Shown here in pieces: positions 35,217 through 47,439 of a stretch of 64,000 nt of DNA. The notes under the pieces are model-generated. The model ran no database searches. It saw nothing but the letters and a program-made list of their open reading frames with translations, and was not told the DNA's origin. The stretch spans positions 16,244,001 to 16,308,000 of the forward strand of contig OZ076414.1 in assembly GCA_964187785.1 (NCBI GenBank). Reading direction: 5' to 3'. The position numbers and the translations under genes were made by a program. The stretch is from Amphiscolops sp. MND2022. Its lineage: Eukaryota. Each line of letters opens with the position of its first letter. Position 1 is the stretch's first letter.

Positions 35217-36270
35217 GGCTGGGTAGGTTGTTGTATCGCGGCTGGTGGTTGTTGGTTTACTTGGGGTTGTTGCAGAACTTCGGGTGTGGTTGATTGTGGT
35301 AGAGGTATGCTGTTCGAGCCTGTTGGTTTAGGTGTCTTCCACCATGTGGGGCGGTTTGCCCAGTTCGCACCCGAGTAGCAATCCTTGGTTTCATGGCTTA
35401 GTTTACCACAAGTTTCGCAGGGGTTGGTGTTGTTTGTGTTGGGGGTTTTTTGGCTTCGTTTATCTCTGTTCGTCTTCCTACAGTTGCGGAGGAGGTGGCC
35501 CTGATGTCCGCAACCGAAACATGTACTCGCGGTTTTTGGGGGTCTTTCCCGGTTGGGGTTGTTAGTGGGTTCTACGTTATGTATGCCCGTAAATGTCGTG
35601 AATTCTGGATTTGCCAATCCGTTAAGTTCCATCTCCCGCTCCAGGTGCTGCACCATTGTCTCGTATGACGCTGTTTCAAGGCGGGCTTGGTTTAGTACTC
35701 TTTTAAGGTGGGCGGGCATTTTTGCGTAGAACGAGGTCTCTATAAACCTGGGCGCGTCTTCCGCGTATGCCTCCTGTGCTAGCTTCTGGTAGATTTCTAA
35801 GAAATGTTGGAAGGTTTGGTTCGCCGGATCGAATGTGAGGTTCTCCCACTTGCACCTGTCGGTGGCCACTCATTGTGTTTTTACGTATCTTCTTCTGAAT
35901 CCGGCAATGATGTCGTTTAGGTTGGTTTTGGTTGTTTCGGTCATATTCCGAAAAGTTTGCAAGGCGTCTCCTCACAGTAGTGAGTGAAAATAATGTATTT
36001 TCTCTTGCTCTGTTATTTGTGGGTGGACCTTCAAGATAGTTTGAAACAAGTCTTCGAATAGCTCAAATTTTTCTGTCTTACCGTCGAATGTTGGCATCGT
36101 TGTTTCCAGGGCTTTTGGTAAGCGAGGAAGATTTGGTGCTTGTTTGTGCGTTGCGTAGAGAGATTCCAGTAATTTGTCAATAATCTCGTCTGAGTGCCTC
36201 TGGTTTGGAGGTGGCAGGCTTGAAGATCGGGCATGGGTGTTATTGCTGGTCGTTTGTTCGTTAATGACTC

Positions 36271-36279
36271 CTGTCACCA
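36271..36279 (-). promoter_or_regulatory. Primer-binding site TGGTGACAG
   Basis: Directly follows the CA end of the 5' LTR; the cognate tRNA is not identified. Confidence 0.7.
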
Positions 36280-38178
36280 TGTTGGAGTTAACGCTCCTTG
36301 CGAGTTCTACTTCTTCTAATTCATCAGTGGGGTTTCCACCAATCTCAGTCCTGAGAGTTGAATGATCCTGTCCAAGATTCGTACTGGATAAGTTGTCGAC
36401 TTTAGAAGACAAGGCAAGTTTTCGATCAATTTTAGTATCTCGCGTTGGTTCACTTCGGTGTCTCTAAGACGTTTGGAAAGTCTGTTTTCGACCTTACTAG
36501 AAATATCTTCAAAATCTCTATCTGATAATAAAACATTTTCATCGTTGGTCGAACTAGCTATTTCTTCATCTATCTGGCTAGTACTCTGGTCACTCCTTAA
36601 TTTCCTTTTCTGAGTCTTTTCTGGCATTTTCGTGAAAAAATTCGAGATTGGAAACTGTTGAATTGAATATTTCTGGGAGGTTGTTGGTCTCAAATTATTC
36701 CCAAACGAGCTCAATTGGTCAAAGAAATAATAACCAACTTCAGCAAAGCAACTAGGGTGAAAATTAACAAACAATTATTAAAGACAGCGATTATCAAAGA
36801 AAACGAAGTTGAGGAAGTATTCGAATTTAAAGGTGAGTGTACTGCAAAATCAAAAATAAACTGGTCCTTTCCTTAACCCGCTTCAGGTATAAATACTTTT
36901 CGCTAGACACGCGGGATAAATCCCGCGCGTGAATTCACACCTTGTTCAGCTCGGCGTCAATCCGAGGCAGGAAAATCCAAATTAGGTCCGCTTCCTCGGG
37001 ACTCGGCTTTCGGTTTCAACTCACTTCAAAGGAAAAGTGGGAATCAACTTCCTGCCGAAGTCCCAATTCCGCGTTGCTTCCTTCTTCATTTCCCGCCAAT
37101 TCAAGACGCCGAACCGAAGTTGGCACTGAAAATTCATGAACCTAGCTACTGAAGCGGGAAAGGAAAGTGAAATTAGCATCGAATAATCCCAAATTTTACT
37201 GCTGATGAATTAAGGGAAAAACTTCAAATAAATAAATTAACAGCACTGATTCCCTTTAAATCAGACGATTATGGCCGTTAATTGGCATTTTAAGTCAAAG
37301 CGAACAATAAAATCCTGGATGAACTCCAGGTAACGTGTTTCATTTAGAGTAGCCTGGTCGGTTGACCAGGCGGTTGACTCAACTATACATGAACAAAACA
37401 CTGCATGTGGGGGCTGAATAATAGCACTGGTGGGTTGTTTTACTACGATACTATTAGATATTATATTCAACCAGGACGGTTTTGCAATTCAGGTAGCTAG
37501 AAGTTATATATTGATTAAATATCTTCGGTCAGCTGCCCAGGCTGTTGTCTTATTAGAGAAAGTTAGCGCATTGCCTGGGAAGTTAACTCAAATACAAGGT
37601 GAATCAAACGTATCAAAAATACTTCAAATATCGTTGATTAGTATTTATTGGATGCTCTTATGGTATTTAGCTTCTTTTAAGCTTTGAAAAACTCGTTCAA
37701 CTTAGCATCGATTATTTATGTTTGATTGTTCAGGTAGTGAGACTGAGCGTGCGTCCCAGCTTCAGTCGACTGGTAAGCTGCCTGGGACGTTGACTCAATT
37801 CTTCAATTTGTATCAACTGCGCTTAAATCTGATTGGCTAATGCGGATGGAATTATTGAAATTCACTGCTGCCGCTGAGGCAAGTCCCCAGACGACGCGTT
37901 GATCGAATTAATTTCGGTCGGCGCGCTGGCTTGTTGACTGAACAAATACTGCATTCACTATTTATATATAATTATTTACATATCTATATATTTTAGGTAC
38001 GGCACAGAGGAGGAAAATGTACGTTTGCGTGTTATTTAAATAATATCAGGCTGTTTATTGGTCTTCTATTTTAGATTTGTTTATGGTAATTCTGACCTGT
38101 CCTGGTCGATTTCCTCACTTCCTTCTTCAGGCGTTCCTCTTGTTATATGTGTTCCGTGACACCTCTGGGGTCGAGACA
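36280..38178 (-). repeat. 5' LTR (~1.90 kb)
   Basis: Copy of 22966-24856 with scattered substitutions and a 5-bp insertion (GCAAG) near 36413. Confidence 0.93.
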
Positions 38179-38852
38179 GCGACTTTTTTGAAAAGTTATT
38201 TCGTCTCACCAAATGATTCCCCCTTTGGTGTTTCCCTGTTTTCATCTAGAAAAATCCTTTTTTGTGTCCAAAGGGTTCCTCTTTGAATGTTTTTCGGCAC
38301 TGTGAGATTCTCTGAATTTTCATGCCAGCCTTTTAACATATTTAAAAGACTTCGCCTTTCTGAGCATGGGCGCCGGCTTTAGACGTTCCCGTATTGTAAA
38401 TTTAAGACTGCTTTAATTGATTAACTCACGGAAGCGTGAACTAGATTCTTCGGAATCAGAGTCCAAGTTCACTTCAATTAAAAAAACGTCAGCAGTATTG
38501 CTGCAAAATGGTTGGACTGCAACTTGACGTGTAGCAAATTTTGTGAGTTTAAAATGGAACCAAAACATGTCCTTTTCCCCATTGATCGGCTCTTCAATAC
38601 TTGGAAAAGGTATGCTAGAGAATTAAGGTACTTTGTAATGCTGTAATTAAGAGTTTTTTGGTAAGCTCACAGGCAACATTGAAAAATTGTTGTACTATTC
38701 TAAGCTCTGAATGGATTGATTTTTCACTATAAATCATGCCTGAAATGGTACGAATTTGGCAGTAGTGTTTCACAAGTTGATTGAAAATCTGACGTGAATC
38801 AATTCCGTATTGGGGTACAGTTCCATTATCAAATGTCAATATCCTGTTTTAG

Positions 38853-38935
38853 AACATCCTGCATAAGAGAGAGTTTCATCAAAGTCTCTTCTCTTGCTGC
38901 TCCGAAATTGTGCTTTTCTGCTACCAATCGAACAA
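38853..38935 (+). CDS. RBL1/RBL2: RBL-like exon 10 (NILHKREFHQSLFSCCSEIVLFCY)
   Basis: TTTTAG acceptor, GTAAGT donor; matches LLEQDIFHRSLMACCLEIVLFAY; phase 0 to 2. Confidence 0.92.
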
Positions 38936-39010
38936 GTAAGTTAACGCCCACTTTCCCTTCTAAAAATGACACGAAATTTTCTTTTCATAAGAGTCTACTG
39001 TTTTCTGCAG

Positions 39011-39131
39011 ACTTTTTCCGTGGATAATGAATGTGCTGGGTGTGAAGCCGTACCACTTCTACAGAGTGATCGAAGTCGTCATCAAACACGAGCCCGGATT
39101 GTCCAGAGACGTGATCAAACATCTCAACTGG
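39011..39131 (+). CDS. RBL1/RBL2: RBL-like exon 11 (LFPWIM...FYRVIEVVIKHEPGLSRDVIKHLNW)
   Basis: TTCTGCAG acceptor, GTTAGA donor; pocket A signature; phase 2 to 0. Confidence 0.94.
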
Positions 39132-40056
39132 GTTAGATCTCACTCTTTTCTCAAGATGTAATTGAAAAATGTTGAAAAATTTGGCTCCTACTTATAGATA
39201 CTGATTCGGCTCACCTATAGATTCTGAATAGTTTGAACAATCTCTGGTTTTCAACGAGTTTTTTCTGAAGTTTAGTTATGCTTAGAATCATTTTCGCGTT
39301 TTGCGTTCACTGTCGATCATGATGGTCCAAAAGCGGCAAAAAAGCTTGAATGTCGAATTTGAACGGTTTTGAAAAGTAATTAATTCAATTTTTTTGGCAG
39401 TTGTCCCAATCGAAAGATACTACCTTAGATTGATTTGAGTGGAGCCAATTTGTGAGACTTTTGTTTTCTTTACGAGAAATTCTTGCTCGAAAGTAGCGGA
39501 AAGTGTTTATTTTGCACGACTGCTTCATTCTTCTCGAAATTGTTGTGCTAAATTTTTTGAAGAGAGTCTAATCAGTTTTACTCAATATTGTTTCATTGAG
39601 TTGTCTTAGCTGGTAAACTGCCTAAAAATCTATCTTTGGCTCGTCGTTTTCGCCCATTTTCCATCTATTTTTGGAATTCGTATCATCAAATACCTTCTGA
39701 TTGTTTCGTATAGAGCCTATTTTTAGTTTTTTCCTTTCCGATGAATGCCTAATCCAAAATAGCAGAAAATCTCATTCTCTGAAAATGTTGATCTGTTTTA
39801 TCAAAATGAGTGCTGAGCTCCTTTCGAAGAGAGTCCCCTATTCGAGATTGCTTGAACTTTTTACATGCTGCATGGAAACATGCAGGCTAATTTTTTTTTG
39901 CAAAACATGGAAAATTCCGGGAGCCTGCATGGAAATTTTGTAGGATTACAATGCACCATTCACGATTTCATCTGAAACTGAAAACATTTCCCATTGTTCA
40001 CCGCTGCGATCACTTTTTTTCACGCGTAAGTTTCTCAAGTAAGTACCTTATGTAAA

Positions 40057-42002
40057 CTTCTTCTTCTTCTTTTAGTGCCGTGTCTGGTCACAGACATAGG
40101 CTTTCCATAAAAGTCTCCATTCTTCTCTCTTCTTTGCGATTCTTATGCACTCGGCCCGACTTCTTTTTAATTTTTCCGAGATATCATCAAGATATGTCTT
40201 TCTACTTCTTCCTCTGGATCTGTTGCCGTTGATGTATCCGGAAAGAATTGTTTCTTCCAAATCGCATTTTCTGATCACATGTCCAAAGAATTTAAATTGT
40301 CTCGTTTCAATATCTCTAAGTGTCATCCGACTTTTCTGGGTTTTACTCAAAACAAATTCATTGGTTTTGTGTGCTGTGTATGATATGCGCTCCATTTTCC
40401 TGAGATACCACATTTCAACACTTTCAAGGAGTTTCTTCGACTCAAGATTGAGTGTCCAGGTTTCACACGCATACAAAAGTACCGGCCAAACGTAGCAACG
40501 TAAAACTCTAAATCTGGTTTTGAAGGGAAGTTTTTTGTTTGTCAGGATCTTTTTGAAAATGGTGAATGCACTTTTTGACTGGGCTATTCTACATTTTATT
40601 TCTTTTGTACATTTTCCATCTTCTGTTATGCGCGTCCCAAGATAAGTGAAGGTTTCTGTTTGATTAATCTTTTCTTCATTCAAATATATTGAGCACTTTT
40701 CTGGTTCTTTGGAGATTACCATTACTTCGGTTTTGTTTTTCTTGGTGTTAATTTCCATTCCATGCTTTTCACATGCATCCTTCAAGGTTGCCACTAACAA
40801 CTGCAGTTTGTCCTCTGAATCCGCGATCACTGCTGTGTCGTCTGCAAATCGAAGATTGTTAATGTTCATCCCGCCAATGCTGACACCTTTCATTTCTTCT
40901 ATTGACTTCATTATTTTTTCACTGAAGGTATTATACAGGATTGGGGATGCTACACAGCCTTGTCGGACACCAATCTTGATGTCAAAGACACCAGTTTCCT
41001 CGAAACCAACTCTCACCGTTGCTTTTTGTTTCCAGTAGATATTTTGTAGAAGGCGAAGGTCTTTGTCATCGATGCCGGCTTCATCAAGGGCTTCTAAAAC
41101 TTCGTTGTGCCTGACCTTATCGAAGGCCTTCACAAAATCAATGAAACAGACGAAAAGTTTTTGTTGGTGGTTCAACAATCTCTCTGCAATAACTCTCAGA
41201 CATAAAATGGCATTTCGAGTGCCTCTGTCTGGCATGAATCCGAATTGCTCTTTGCTGATTAAAAAGTGGGCTTTCTTTTCAATTCTCTGTACCATAATTC
41301 TCAGCAGCAACTTTAAAACATGGCTCATGAGAGAAATTGTCTTAAAATTTACACATTCTGTAGCACTAGGATTTTTGGGCAAAGTGACAAAAACAGACTT
41401 GAGCATTTCATCAGGAACAACGCCCGTTTCATAAATGCGGCTAATCAGGTGATGAACTAAGTCTATTCGCATCTCTTCTAGTGTTTTCAGCGCTTCTATC
41501 GGAATACCATCAGGCCACATTGCTTTATTTTCCTTAGCAATTTTCATAGCCCACCAGACTTCATCCTTAAGTATGGGTGGTCCTGTTAACGGCTCTTCGA
41601 AAACGAAGGGCATTGATTCACTTCTATTTGGATCGTCATACAAATTTTTGGTATATTGCTGCCATCTATCCTTGACTTCACTGCTTTCTAAGAGCAATAA
41701 CCCGTTCTCATCTTTGATCATGTTCGTTCTGCGGAGGTTGCGTTGTTTTCCTGAGAGTTCCTTGATTCGTTTGTGTGCTTCAGCTGGGTTTACAAGAAGT
41801 CTTTCTTCGATTTCGTCGCATTTTTCTTCCAGAAACTTCGTGTATTCCTCATTGCACTTCTTTTTGACCAGTTTATCTATTAAAGGGTATTCATTTGTTC
41901 CTTTTGCTTTTCTGCGTTTATCAAACAATTCTTTTATATCTTCAGTTATCCATGTTTTTTGTTCCTTCTTGCTTTGTTTCACCGGTATATATTCTTTTAA
42001 GG
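40057..42002 (-). mobile_element. 5'-truncated RTE-clade LINE
   Basis: RT ORF; (GAA)n 3' tail (plus strand CTTCTTCTTCTTCT at ~40057-40070); TSD CTTATGTAAA at 40047-40056 and 42003-42012. Confidence 0.92.
40072..41982 (-). CDS. RTE reverse transcriptase (endonuclease domain missing)
   Basis: 636-aa open frame with QFGF, DFVKAFDKV, GVRQGC, LRFADD and RTE-type C-terminal YACETW motif. Confidence 0.9.
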   Translation of the reverse strand: MKQSKKEQKTWITEDIKELFDKRRKAKGTNEYPLIDKLVKKKCNEEYTKFLEEKCDEIEERLLVNPAEAHKRIKELSGKQRNLRRTNMIKDENGLLLLESSEVKDRWQQYTKNLYDDPNRSESMPFVFEEPLTGPPILKDEVWWAMKIAKENKAMWPDGIPIEALKTLEEMRIDLVHHLISRIYETGVVPDEMLKSVFVTLPKNPSATECVNFKTISLMSHVLKLLLRIMVQRIEKKAHFLISKEQFGFMPDRGTRNAILCLRVIAERLLNHQQKLFVCFIDFVKAFDKVRHNEVLEALDEAGIDDKDLRLLQNIYWKQKATVRVGFEETGVFDIKIGVRQGCVASPILYNTFSEKIMKSIEEMKGVSIGGMNINNLRFADDTAVIADSEDKLQLLVATLKDACEKHGMEINTKKNKTEVMVISKEPEKCSIYLNEEKINQTETFTYLGTRITEDGKCTKEIKCRIAQSKSAFTIFKKILTNKKLPFKTRFRVLRCYVWPVLLYACETWTLNLESKKLLESVEMWYLRKMERISYTAHKTNEFVLSKTQKSRMTLRDIETRQFKFFGHVIRKCDLEETILSGYINGNRSRGRSRKTYLDDISEKLKRSRAECIRIAKKREEWRLLWKAYVCDQTRH

Positions 42003-44547
42003 CTTATGTAAACACCGTTAGTCAAATAGCACGCTGAATATGACGCTACTTTGAAACTTATAATGACTGATGTTTATTTGCATTAAAATCGCGGTAAAAT
42101 TGATGAAGGTCTCAGCTGCTTTCAAAATTAGAACGTCTTAACGAAACCTGCAAAACTTTGCGGCGCAGAATTGCTGCCAAATTGAGGATGCATTTTATAG
42201 GCAGATTGATAAAATTAAATCGAAGCAGTGAAGTTTTTTAATGCATAGACGTTTCTTTGAGAATTTTGTAAAATGATGGAAAATTAGCTTGGTAACCTAC
42301 AAAAACATGTAAAAAGTTCAAGCAGTTTCAACCAGGGTCGTCAAAAGTTTTTGGCATGTAGCTTCATTCAAAGGACCAGATCCGCGCAATACTGCTGTGT
42401 TAGTTATTTTGGTCGGTTGGAAGTAGCAACTGTCCTAACTTAGGTTCTTTTTCCAGCCGGGCATTTTTTTCACTGCAGTATTATTAGCATAGTTTTTTCC
42501 AACAGCTTCAGAATTCCAACAGTTTTTGTTTATGAAAAATCTTTTTTCTATTGTTTACCTGGCTTCATACCGTTTTTCTGAAAGATAATTATGCTTAAAA
42601 TCTTTTAAATGGAGCTGATTCTCGCTCTTCGCTTTCCTTTATTGATTTCCTTTGATTCCGTTGGTATTGATAGCAGTAGAAAGCTAACTACTCCCGTTCA
42701 AAGTCAGATGATTTTGCTAAATTTCTATCAAAGGAAGCATTATGGAAGCTCATTATTGAGGCAGTTGAAAAACTTACTTCTGTTTCATCAAAATAGTGTT
42801 TTGATCGCTCGAGCGAAGCTTTAGTAGTTCGAAATAAACATTTTCTGAAACGAAGCTTTTCTTAAAGGCTCTCTTGGGCCAACTAGTGTTTGGCTAGCAG
42901 TAACTTCCTTTGATAAACAAGACACCCGTAAGCACCGGTATATTTACCGCCTTGTTTTAAAACAAATTTGCTATTCTGAAAGCTGTTTTCAAACAAAACA
43001 AAAACTTTGACAGACTTCAACTAGGCATTTGTGAATTCTTTGGTGAATTTTTCAATCAATTGAGATCAAAAACGCCACTCAACCTCCGCGTCAAAATCCC
43101 AATCTCCCGATTTCCATCCACTACTTGACTATTTTAGTTACTTGAGTTTTTGTGGAGATATGGCAGAATTTGGAAAAAAACGCAACACAGATTATGATTT
43201 TCCTCCCCAATTATATGTGGGCGGAAAATAACAATCGGTTGTCAAGAAGACAGGTCCCTTAGTCGTATGTAAAAGCATTTTGCCTTTAGTCTGGCTGTGA
43301 GGTTTTCAGATTTTTTATTGAAATCACTATGAGAGTATGCAGAATTGCGCTTCTTGAGCCTTAGTTAGAGTCTCGAATCTTTTCCGGCTGTTTTTGCTGT
43401 CAAAATGCGGTCTGTCTAAATTTCAGTTACGGTTTTCCGAAATATGTTCGGGTGAAGCTCCAAAATAAAAACTATATATTAATCGCGGCCTCTATTGATT
43501 CATTTAACAGACTAGTTCTATTGGCTTCCACAGTACCCGACTGACTATTAGAGATACGAGTTTTTTTCTCCCATACCTCAGAATGTATCTGCATAGATCT
43601 TTAGCAGCTTAGTGTTTTTTCAGAAATTTTCACAAAACATTGCTTATTTTGGTGCTTTTTGAGCTCTAAGCGGGGTGCCGACTTCAGACGTTTCCGTCTT
43701 GTTTGATGATCCAAAAGTGGCAGAAGTTTGTTGATGCTGCTGTTCTGCCATTTTTTTCGCATCTTCCTAACGAAATTGTGACTCTAGGCTTTTGTAGTGA
43801 AAACAGCTCTATTTTGACCTGTTTTTTTTTCAGTGAAATAACACAGGAAAGATGAATTTATTGATGATGGTTTCTAATCGCTTATTCAACAACTTGTCAG
43901 CTGTGTGTGAACTGATTAAAAGGCGATTGACGTCACTTGCTAGACAGAGCTTAATTCATCAACGTTTAAAGTTTTCTCATCTATCGGCAAACTAGAAAAG
44001 CTTGGGAAAATACCATAAGCATCATGAAAGGCTTCTTTTAAAGCTACGTGTTAAAAAAACGCAAATGTTAACCGAGTTTGTGGGGCTTTGTCTTCGTATC
44101 TCGAAAAATTATGTTGATTTGAAGTTTACATGGTAGAGAATTTGTTTATTACAATTTCATAAAACTTGAAACATAGACACGAAATTAATTGAAACCCCTA
44201 ATGAAGTGCTACTTTATTTGTAATGTTTTCCTATTACTTTTATTTGGTCATCTTTTCAAATTCTATTTCTTTGTTTTTTGCTAGTTTTTGGGATTGAACT
44301 AGATTCGGTTAACCTAAAGTTTGTAAATTTGAAATAATTTTAAATATCATGTGAATTTTTAATACATTTGTTTCAAACAATCACCCAACCCAATCAATCG
44401 TCTGAAATTATTACCATCAAATAAAAATCAATTACTGCAATGTGACAGACATTATTGTGAGAAACTCAGAGAACACCGTATCACGTCAGACTAAGCAATA
44501 GTTACTTATCAGGTGGAATCATCAATTTAAAAACCTCCGTTGTTTAG

Positions 44548-44819
44548 GTGGAAGAATCTGTCCTCGAAGAGTATGTCTGGACCGCAGATTCGCCTCTCTG
44601 GAGCGACATCCAGATAGAACTGGCTGAAAACGCATCCAAATTGAGCGGCGTGCCTCGCTGTGTTGACGTTCTGTTGCCAAACCAGATTTCCAACGCTCAC
44701 ACATCAGCTTACAAAACAAGAATCCAGAAACTGCCTGGGTCTGACTCCACTGGAGCTGGCATGAGACTTCTTTCTGCCTCTGGTCAAACTCTGGTTCCCG
44801 TTTCTGCTCAACCCCCCAG
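44548..44819 (+). CDS. RBL1/RBL2: RBL-like exon 12 (VEESVLEEYVWTADSPLW..., end of pocket A and spacer)
   Basis: TGTTTAG acceptor, GTATGC donor; matches IEEQILESLAWSHDSALW; phase 0 to 2. Confidence 0.9.
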
Positions 44820-46298
44820 GTATGCTAGAGTTTGATTATTGGCGAGATTAGTGTCTGTCAAATGCATTTGTTATGACAATTCTTCCAATAGCTTTAACGT
44901 CGTTTAAACCAGAAAAAGAGGATTTTATATATCTAAATTGAAAAAATATAATTTTTTGAAAGTAAGGCACTCCACATTTGCTTTATACTTTTGTCTCGAG
45001 GCTTCTTTTTCGAGAGAATTCTTTTCTGTACTTAAATAATGTTACATGATAGAAGAACTTTATTTTCTGTGTTATTAGCGAAGGACGGATGAATTAAATT
45101 ATTATTTTTTTTGTTTGAGAAAATAACAGAGTGTAATACACCGTTTCCACGTTAAATGAAGCACATCAGATGTTAAATGAACAACCAATAGAAATTGATT
45201 AGCTTTCTACAGCAAATTTCAACTAATGTGAACGAAATGTGAGCTTGAATGAACGAACGCCGCATACGATTTTGTGTACATGTAGCATTTTTTGGTCAGC
45301 GTTTGTTAAATTTGAAAGCGTCGTTGGTGATTCTTATTTACCAACTCACTTAGATGCTGATATCGTTCACTTGATTTCTGATTGTAAAGCACTTTTAGTT
45401 TGGTTGCCGGCGATTGGCTGAAAATTTGGAACGAAAGACGAGACGATTCACTTAACATCTGATATTCTTCACTCAACGCGGAAACGGTGTATTTCATGTG
45501 AACTTATCCTAATCGTTGTTCCAAATTTATCTCTTCATAGCCAGATGCATATTGTTAAAGAAAACAGCTGGTAAATATTATACGTGAAAGAAATTCACTT
45601 TTATTTTTTTCTGGCGCTAAATTTTTCTGTGGAATATTTTTCCCGTCTCAATGTTGAGTAATCGTCTCTGCAAAGGTCCGAAAAATGCTTCAACACATTT
45701 TTACAGTATTTTTACATAGCTTGTTTCCTGGCAGTGACTATTTTCAGCATAGTCATGAAACTTTTATATTGGATTCATTCAAGTTGCATATCATGCCGCT
45801 TGTTTCTCTGTTCGCTCTAAATTTGGCTACTCTCAAAATTTTTTGTCTATACCGAAATTAATATAAGCGGACTTCCATTCAAACTGAATGAGTTCGGCTT
45901 CATTTTTCATAAAACATTCTCTAAATCATAGCAGCTCTTGGAATATATTTTGCAAAACGGATTAGCATAGTTTGACTAGGCAACTTTTTCGATTGGATGC
46001 AATCTTTCTACGCGCATCTGTTGATTGTAAATGCACGCAAAAGTCTGCGATTGAAAGTTTTGTAGATCACGATAACTTTATGCTACTGAAATATGAAATA
46101 TTGGTCTACCGAAGTATACAGTATAATAAAATGGATTTTCTCCCAATGTTTTAATTCATGATTAATTGCTTTTAGCAGGCAAATAGTTGCAGATAGAGAA
46201 ATTCTTTGTTTTATGCAGTATTGTCTCGTGTACTCAAAAACATCCAACTAACAAACTTATGAAAATATAGAGCGCTCATGGATTATGCACGCTTGTAA

Positions 46299-46689
46299 TA
46301 GGGGTGTGCCGGATCGCAAATTTTTGTTCCGGCCGGATAATTGTCGGAATTTTCCCTTTGTTTACTTCTGATAAAACACATATGAGACTATGAAAAGTGC
46401 AACCCATGCACTTGGTGTAAAACTAGCAGCAGTTTTCCAAACCTCAAAATGTTGTTCAAGAAGTTTTTTTCCGCCCCACCATCGTCCGTTTACTCGGAAA
46501 GACTATTTTGTTTTTGTTGTGCATCATAATTTGAAAAATTGTGTGTGAATTGAAGTGTTTCGCTAAATGTTTTTGAAGGATCTTCAGTTTTTGAACGCGC
46601 CGGAATATCCGGTATAGTTTTTATAGTTCCGGTCGGAGCCGGAACCGGATATCTTTGGTAAACCGGCCGGAATATCCGGCACACCCATA
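46299..46689. mobile_element. hAT-type MITE
   Basis: TIRs TAGGGGTGTGCCGGAT / ATCCGGCACACCCATA; TSD GCTTGTAA / GCTTGTAT. Confidence 0.8.
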
Positions 46690-47171
46690 GCTTGTATTAT
46701 ATTAAATATGGAGCCGATCATCATTGTGGTTTTTTGTCAGTTTTCAATCCCTTCGCAGTGACCAAAATAGTTCAAAGTTCTACTTTTCATCCAAGATTCC
46801 CCTTGAAATTTTTACTCGATCTGCAAAACTTCGAGACCGAGGGTCCCTATTTCTGGATTTTTGGTCACTGATTTTTTTGGAAATTTTTGTATTCCACCGA
46901 GAAGTATTTCGCTGGAAAACACCATTTGGAAGTTTGTTGAGTTTTTTTCGGATGTTTTTCGATACCTTGATTTTTAATCAAAAGATTCTTATAAACTGCA
47001 TCATAAAAGATTCAAGAAACTGCTGCTCTTTTTTTGTGCTTGAAGTGGGCGCCGACTCATGACATTCCTATCTTGTTTCAATTTGTTGGGTTTGGTTGTT
47101 CTCGCTTCTCGCAATTATAAAATTTTCCAGTTATCTGATTAATGCTATCAATGCGTTTTATTCAATGCAAG

Positions 47172-47439
47172 GGCGCAAATGGAGAACATGGAATACGCCA
47201 ACAGCCCAAATTCTGGCACATTCGTCACTGGGAGACCAGACAGCGTTGGATCCCAGAGCCAGTTCTCTTCCAACTCGGGCAAGATAACCCTGGTACCCAT
47301 CAATTCTCCTGTGCCCAGTTCATCCGCTCTTTCCTCTGTTGAAGGAATGGCTGCCGTCACTAACACGGGTTCACCCAGCAAAGTCATCCTCACAGACAAA
47401 CCAAAGCGAACTGGAGCAATGGCTTTGTTTTTCCGAAAG
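47172..47439 (+). CDS. RBL1/RBL2: RBL-like exon 13 (spacer and start of pocket B, KPKRTGAMALFFRK)
   Basis: Matches p107 RPKRTGSLALFYRK; GTAAAT donor; AAG acceptor in phase 2 (5' boundary less certain). Confidence 0.85.

Larger units (their letters stand above)
35204..36627 (-). pseudogene. Gypsy gag, frameshifted in this copy, starting inside the 5' LTR
   Basis: MPEKTQKR... ATG at 36627; capsid-like region (FDGKTEKFELFEDLF); CCHC knuckles CFGCGHQGHLLRNC and CETCGKLSHETKDC; stop at 35204. Confidence 0.88.
22966..38178 (-). mobile_element. Full-length-structure Ty3/Gypsy LTR retrotransposon (15.2 kb) with cargo region
   Basis: Direct repeats 22966-24856 and 36280-38178 start TG and end CA; 5-bp TSD GCGAC (22961-22965, 38179-38183); PBS and PPT present; order is gag, protease, RT, RNase H, integrase. 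Confidence 0.96.
22752..38397 (+). mobile_element. Helentron/DINE-1-like copy split by the 15-kb Gypsy insertion (parts 22752-22965 and 38184-38397)
   Basis: 5' TTGTCGGCGC...CCCGACT at 22752 and degenerate 3' GGCGCCGGCTTTAGACGTTCCCGTATTGT at ~38368; the rejoined insertion site resembles the family's internal AAGGGTCCCCCC...TGTGAGA repeat. Confidence 0.55.

Noticed and set aside
30163-35668. Many 65-130-aa plus-strand ORFs opposite Gypsy gag-pol (and similar ones opposite the BEL and RTE ORFs)
   Set aside because: These are antisense shadows of long coding frames, with no splice or motif support, unlike the cargo gene.
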